Notes under the pieces: generated by a model
Seen by the model: only the letters and a program-made list of their open reading frames with translations
The model's database searches: none
Told to the model about the DNA's origin: nothing
Assembly: GCA_028534125.1 (NCBI GenBank)
Contig: CM052817.1
Span: 44,084,001 to 44,148,000, forward strand
Reading direction: 5' to 3'
Length of the DNA stretch: 64,000 bases
Source: Lama glama
Lineage: Eukaryota
Part shown: one piece after another, positions 61,183 through 64,000 of the stretch
How positions within the stretch are numbered: position 1 is the first letter of the stretch
Layout of the letters: every line of letters begins with the position of its first letter
Made by a program: the position numbers and the translations under genes

Positions 61183-64000
61183 TATTATTTCTTATTGTTA
61201 TTTATCTTATTATACATACCAGGGGGAAAACTGCTTTGAGTTGTTCTTCCGAAAGTTGTAACAGATTATACAGAACTAGCCACATGCTCAATGACCTGTG
61301 CTTTGGAGAGACTTGAATGTGATAGCACACAAGCTATAGCAAGAAACAGATCTTTTCTCTCTATAGAGCTAACTGGCCAGCTAACCCTTGTCCTTATTAG
61401 GTAACTGGGTGAACCAACCTGGACACAAACTATGCAAACAAATTTCACATGCCAAGACTATCGTTGCAACACCTGAGAATCAACATCAGTATAATTTGAC
61501 GAATATTATACTCATAAAATGTTTAAATGAGAATTAACATTGCTTATTTATTTCATACAAGAACACTTCCATTAGGTCCTATTTCTTTCTCTTTGCTTTT
61601 CTTTTTATATCACTGTTCTTGCAAATCTGTACTCTGTCTTTTCTTATCGTCCATTTCTACAACCAAATGGCTTTGGCTGTCTCCACCCAGCTGTCTTTTT
61701 TCCATGTTCTTCTGAGAAGGGAACAAAATGTGTCACCCGGGAAAAGAGCTATGTGCTGCTTCTCGCAGGCTTAATTCACTTTCCCCTACAGGTCTAGAGG
61801 TCAGACATTTCCGAGATATTTATGACCCAAATGCAGATCAGCAACATGCCAGGGAAACCAGACAGCTGTATGGGACAATTCTGGCTCCAAATTATGCTAA
61901 TCCTTTACATGATGCCATTAGGAAAACAAAAAACAAAAACCCTAAAGTGACACACAACTGAAAAGTATAAAATTGTTGGTGTATTGTAGCATGTGACATA
62001 TAGAACAAGAGTAATACTATTGTCTTATTTCTCCGTAAGTATACAATAGCACTGTGTGTTCCCAGAAGCCACTGGATCACGGTAACTTTTGATCTTATCC
62101 CAACCAGTCGCACAAGTACTAGGAATCAAACACCTGTTGATTTGTTAATGCAACTGAGGGAACTCGATCGTTGGGTTCCAATGACTCTAAAATATACAAG
62201 GGTGTTCTATTTCAGACCAAATGTACTTCCTTTCATACGTGGGTTTTGAGCAGGTGATAATTTCCTATTTGAAAAAATCAATGTGATTCATATACTACTG
62301 ATAATTCCTTTTTTTGTTACTGTTCTCATGAGACAAAGTTCTATATGAATATTATCAGCCAATTTTTAAATTTTAGGAATTGTATATGGTTTCAATAAAT
62401 GACAGCATTCCTTTGGGGTACAAGAAGGTCAATTAAATGCATTTATATCACATAATATCCTAATAGAGGAAATACAATATTAGCACGAACACTCTAAATT
62501 AATTGTAGACTCTGACCACTCCAATTTTCCCTTGGGAGAAGGTTTTCCCCACTGCCCACACAGAGCTTGACTGGGATACGTGAGGCATGGTGCCAGCCTC
62601 CAAGATACAGCTGACACTCTCTTGGTTATATGTCAGCTTTCCCTGCACCAGTTCTGGAAGAGTTGTCTAAAACAGCACACAAAAACATTGATGAGTAGAA
62701 GAATACTCACTTTGGCTCAATGAACATTTAATGAACAGTTACCGTGTGCCAGGCACCACAATGAACAATGAAAAAAAAAATGCAGCTCTTTACAGTTTGG
62801 TCAAAAGGAAGCACATAAATAGGTCATTAAAATCAAACAGGAAATGCTGTGATAGAGGTGAGCGCAGGGCCATGGGGGTATAGAGGAGGAGATAGATCTT
62901 CTTTCCTGAAGTTCAGACTCACTAATTCAACAGTCCACCGGGTATCAGTAGCTTCTCAATGTGTTCAAAGCTGAACTCAGAAACTCCTGTTCAAATAACT
63001 TTGTAGCAGATGCCCTGTTCATTTTCTCTGGCCTCCAGTTCAACTCTGCCTGTATGTGAGAACTGCTCTCAACCAATGACTGTGTGGGTGGATACATAAC
63101 CCAGCTCTCGCCTAACTCGGTTGGGATGATTCTGTTACATTCTCTGCAGTCCCATTGAGTCTCCACCCACTGAGGACCGTGATGGTAAAAATAGGTCAAG
63201 TGAAAGGCCCCAGAAATTCCTGTCCTTACTCGGATCACAAACCAAAAGCAATATCTCCTCCTTGATGCGACCTAGAGATTAGCACCACCATCAAAGACTT
63301 GACCAAAAGCAGGGGTAGTGACGCCTGCTGCAGCTGCATTTCATTTGCCTGTTTGGCCTGCAGGCGAGTTGGACAGACCCTGGGAAAGACTGGGCAGTAT
63401 AGGTGCCTCCAACTGTAGCTGCTGTTTAGATGGAGCCTCTTTTCTGGAATAAATCAAGAGTCTCCAGCACTTGGTGTGCAGGTGTTGATCCAAAGATGCC
63501 TCTTTTTCTGTGCCAATTCGCAAGGGCTAGCAGAGCCATTTGCTTTTGCCTGATGTGGCCTCAGTACTACATCACTCTCCTGCTCTCTGCCATCGTATAG
63601 TCTGCAGAGATGATGATCATCTTGTCAGCCCACATCAAGTCACAAACCTGCCCACCACACTGATGACATTATATGGATTGGAACTGATCAGGACCTGAAC
63701 AGGAAGTAGCAAGTATTTCCTATGACTTTGTAAGACATATGTGAACCAGAGAATAGTAGATAAAACCTTACAAAAATTCAGGGACTTATTACCTATGTGA
63801 GAATCCTGGAAGTCAAATGGTATGGAACATCTCAAGATCTCTCCTCCAAAGTGGAAGGTACATCACTGTGCCTCACACGGTCTACCACTAAAGAAGAGGC
63901 ACTAGGTGGGCCTTCTGGGATTTTTAAGGTAATATATATCACATGTGAGTGTGCTGCTTAGATCCCACTTACAAGTAATCGGTAAAGCCGTCTGTTTTGA

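Overview
Mammalian genomic DNA, probably camelid (multiple vic-1-like tRNA-derived SINEs and young L1 3' ends). The right half holds an intact 8-exon CCNG2 (cyclin G2) gene on the minus strand (344 aa, all GT-AG junctions) with a CpG-island promoter. The left end holds a disabled TMEM68 processed pseudogene. The main observation is that about 2-14 kb, which looks like plain intergenic DNA, reads on the minus strand as two tandem, heavily decayed endogenous bornavirus-like elements (EBLs). Copy 1 (~2100-8890) keeps colinear remnants of all six viral genes in orthobornavirus order N-X/P-M-G-L. Copy 2 (~9400-14260) keeps the C-terminal half of G followed by L. An orphan TATA/GC/CCAAT promoter at ~15.0-15.2 kb points into this array. 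MIR insertions inside L suggest a very old integration. The viral assignments come from manual translation compared with Borna disease virus 1 (BoDV-1) proteins recalled from memory, and need tBLASTn/HMM confirmation. The rest of the window is ordinary repeat-rich intergenic DNA.
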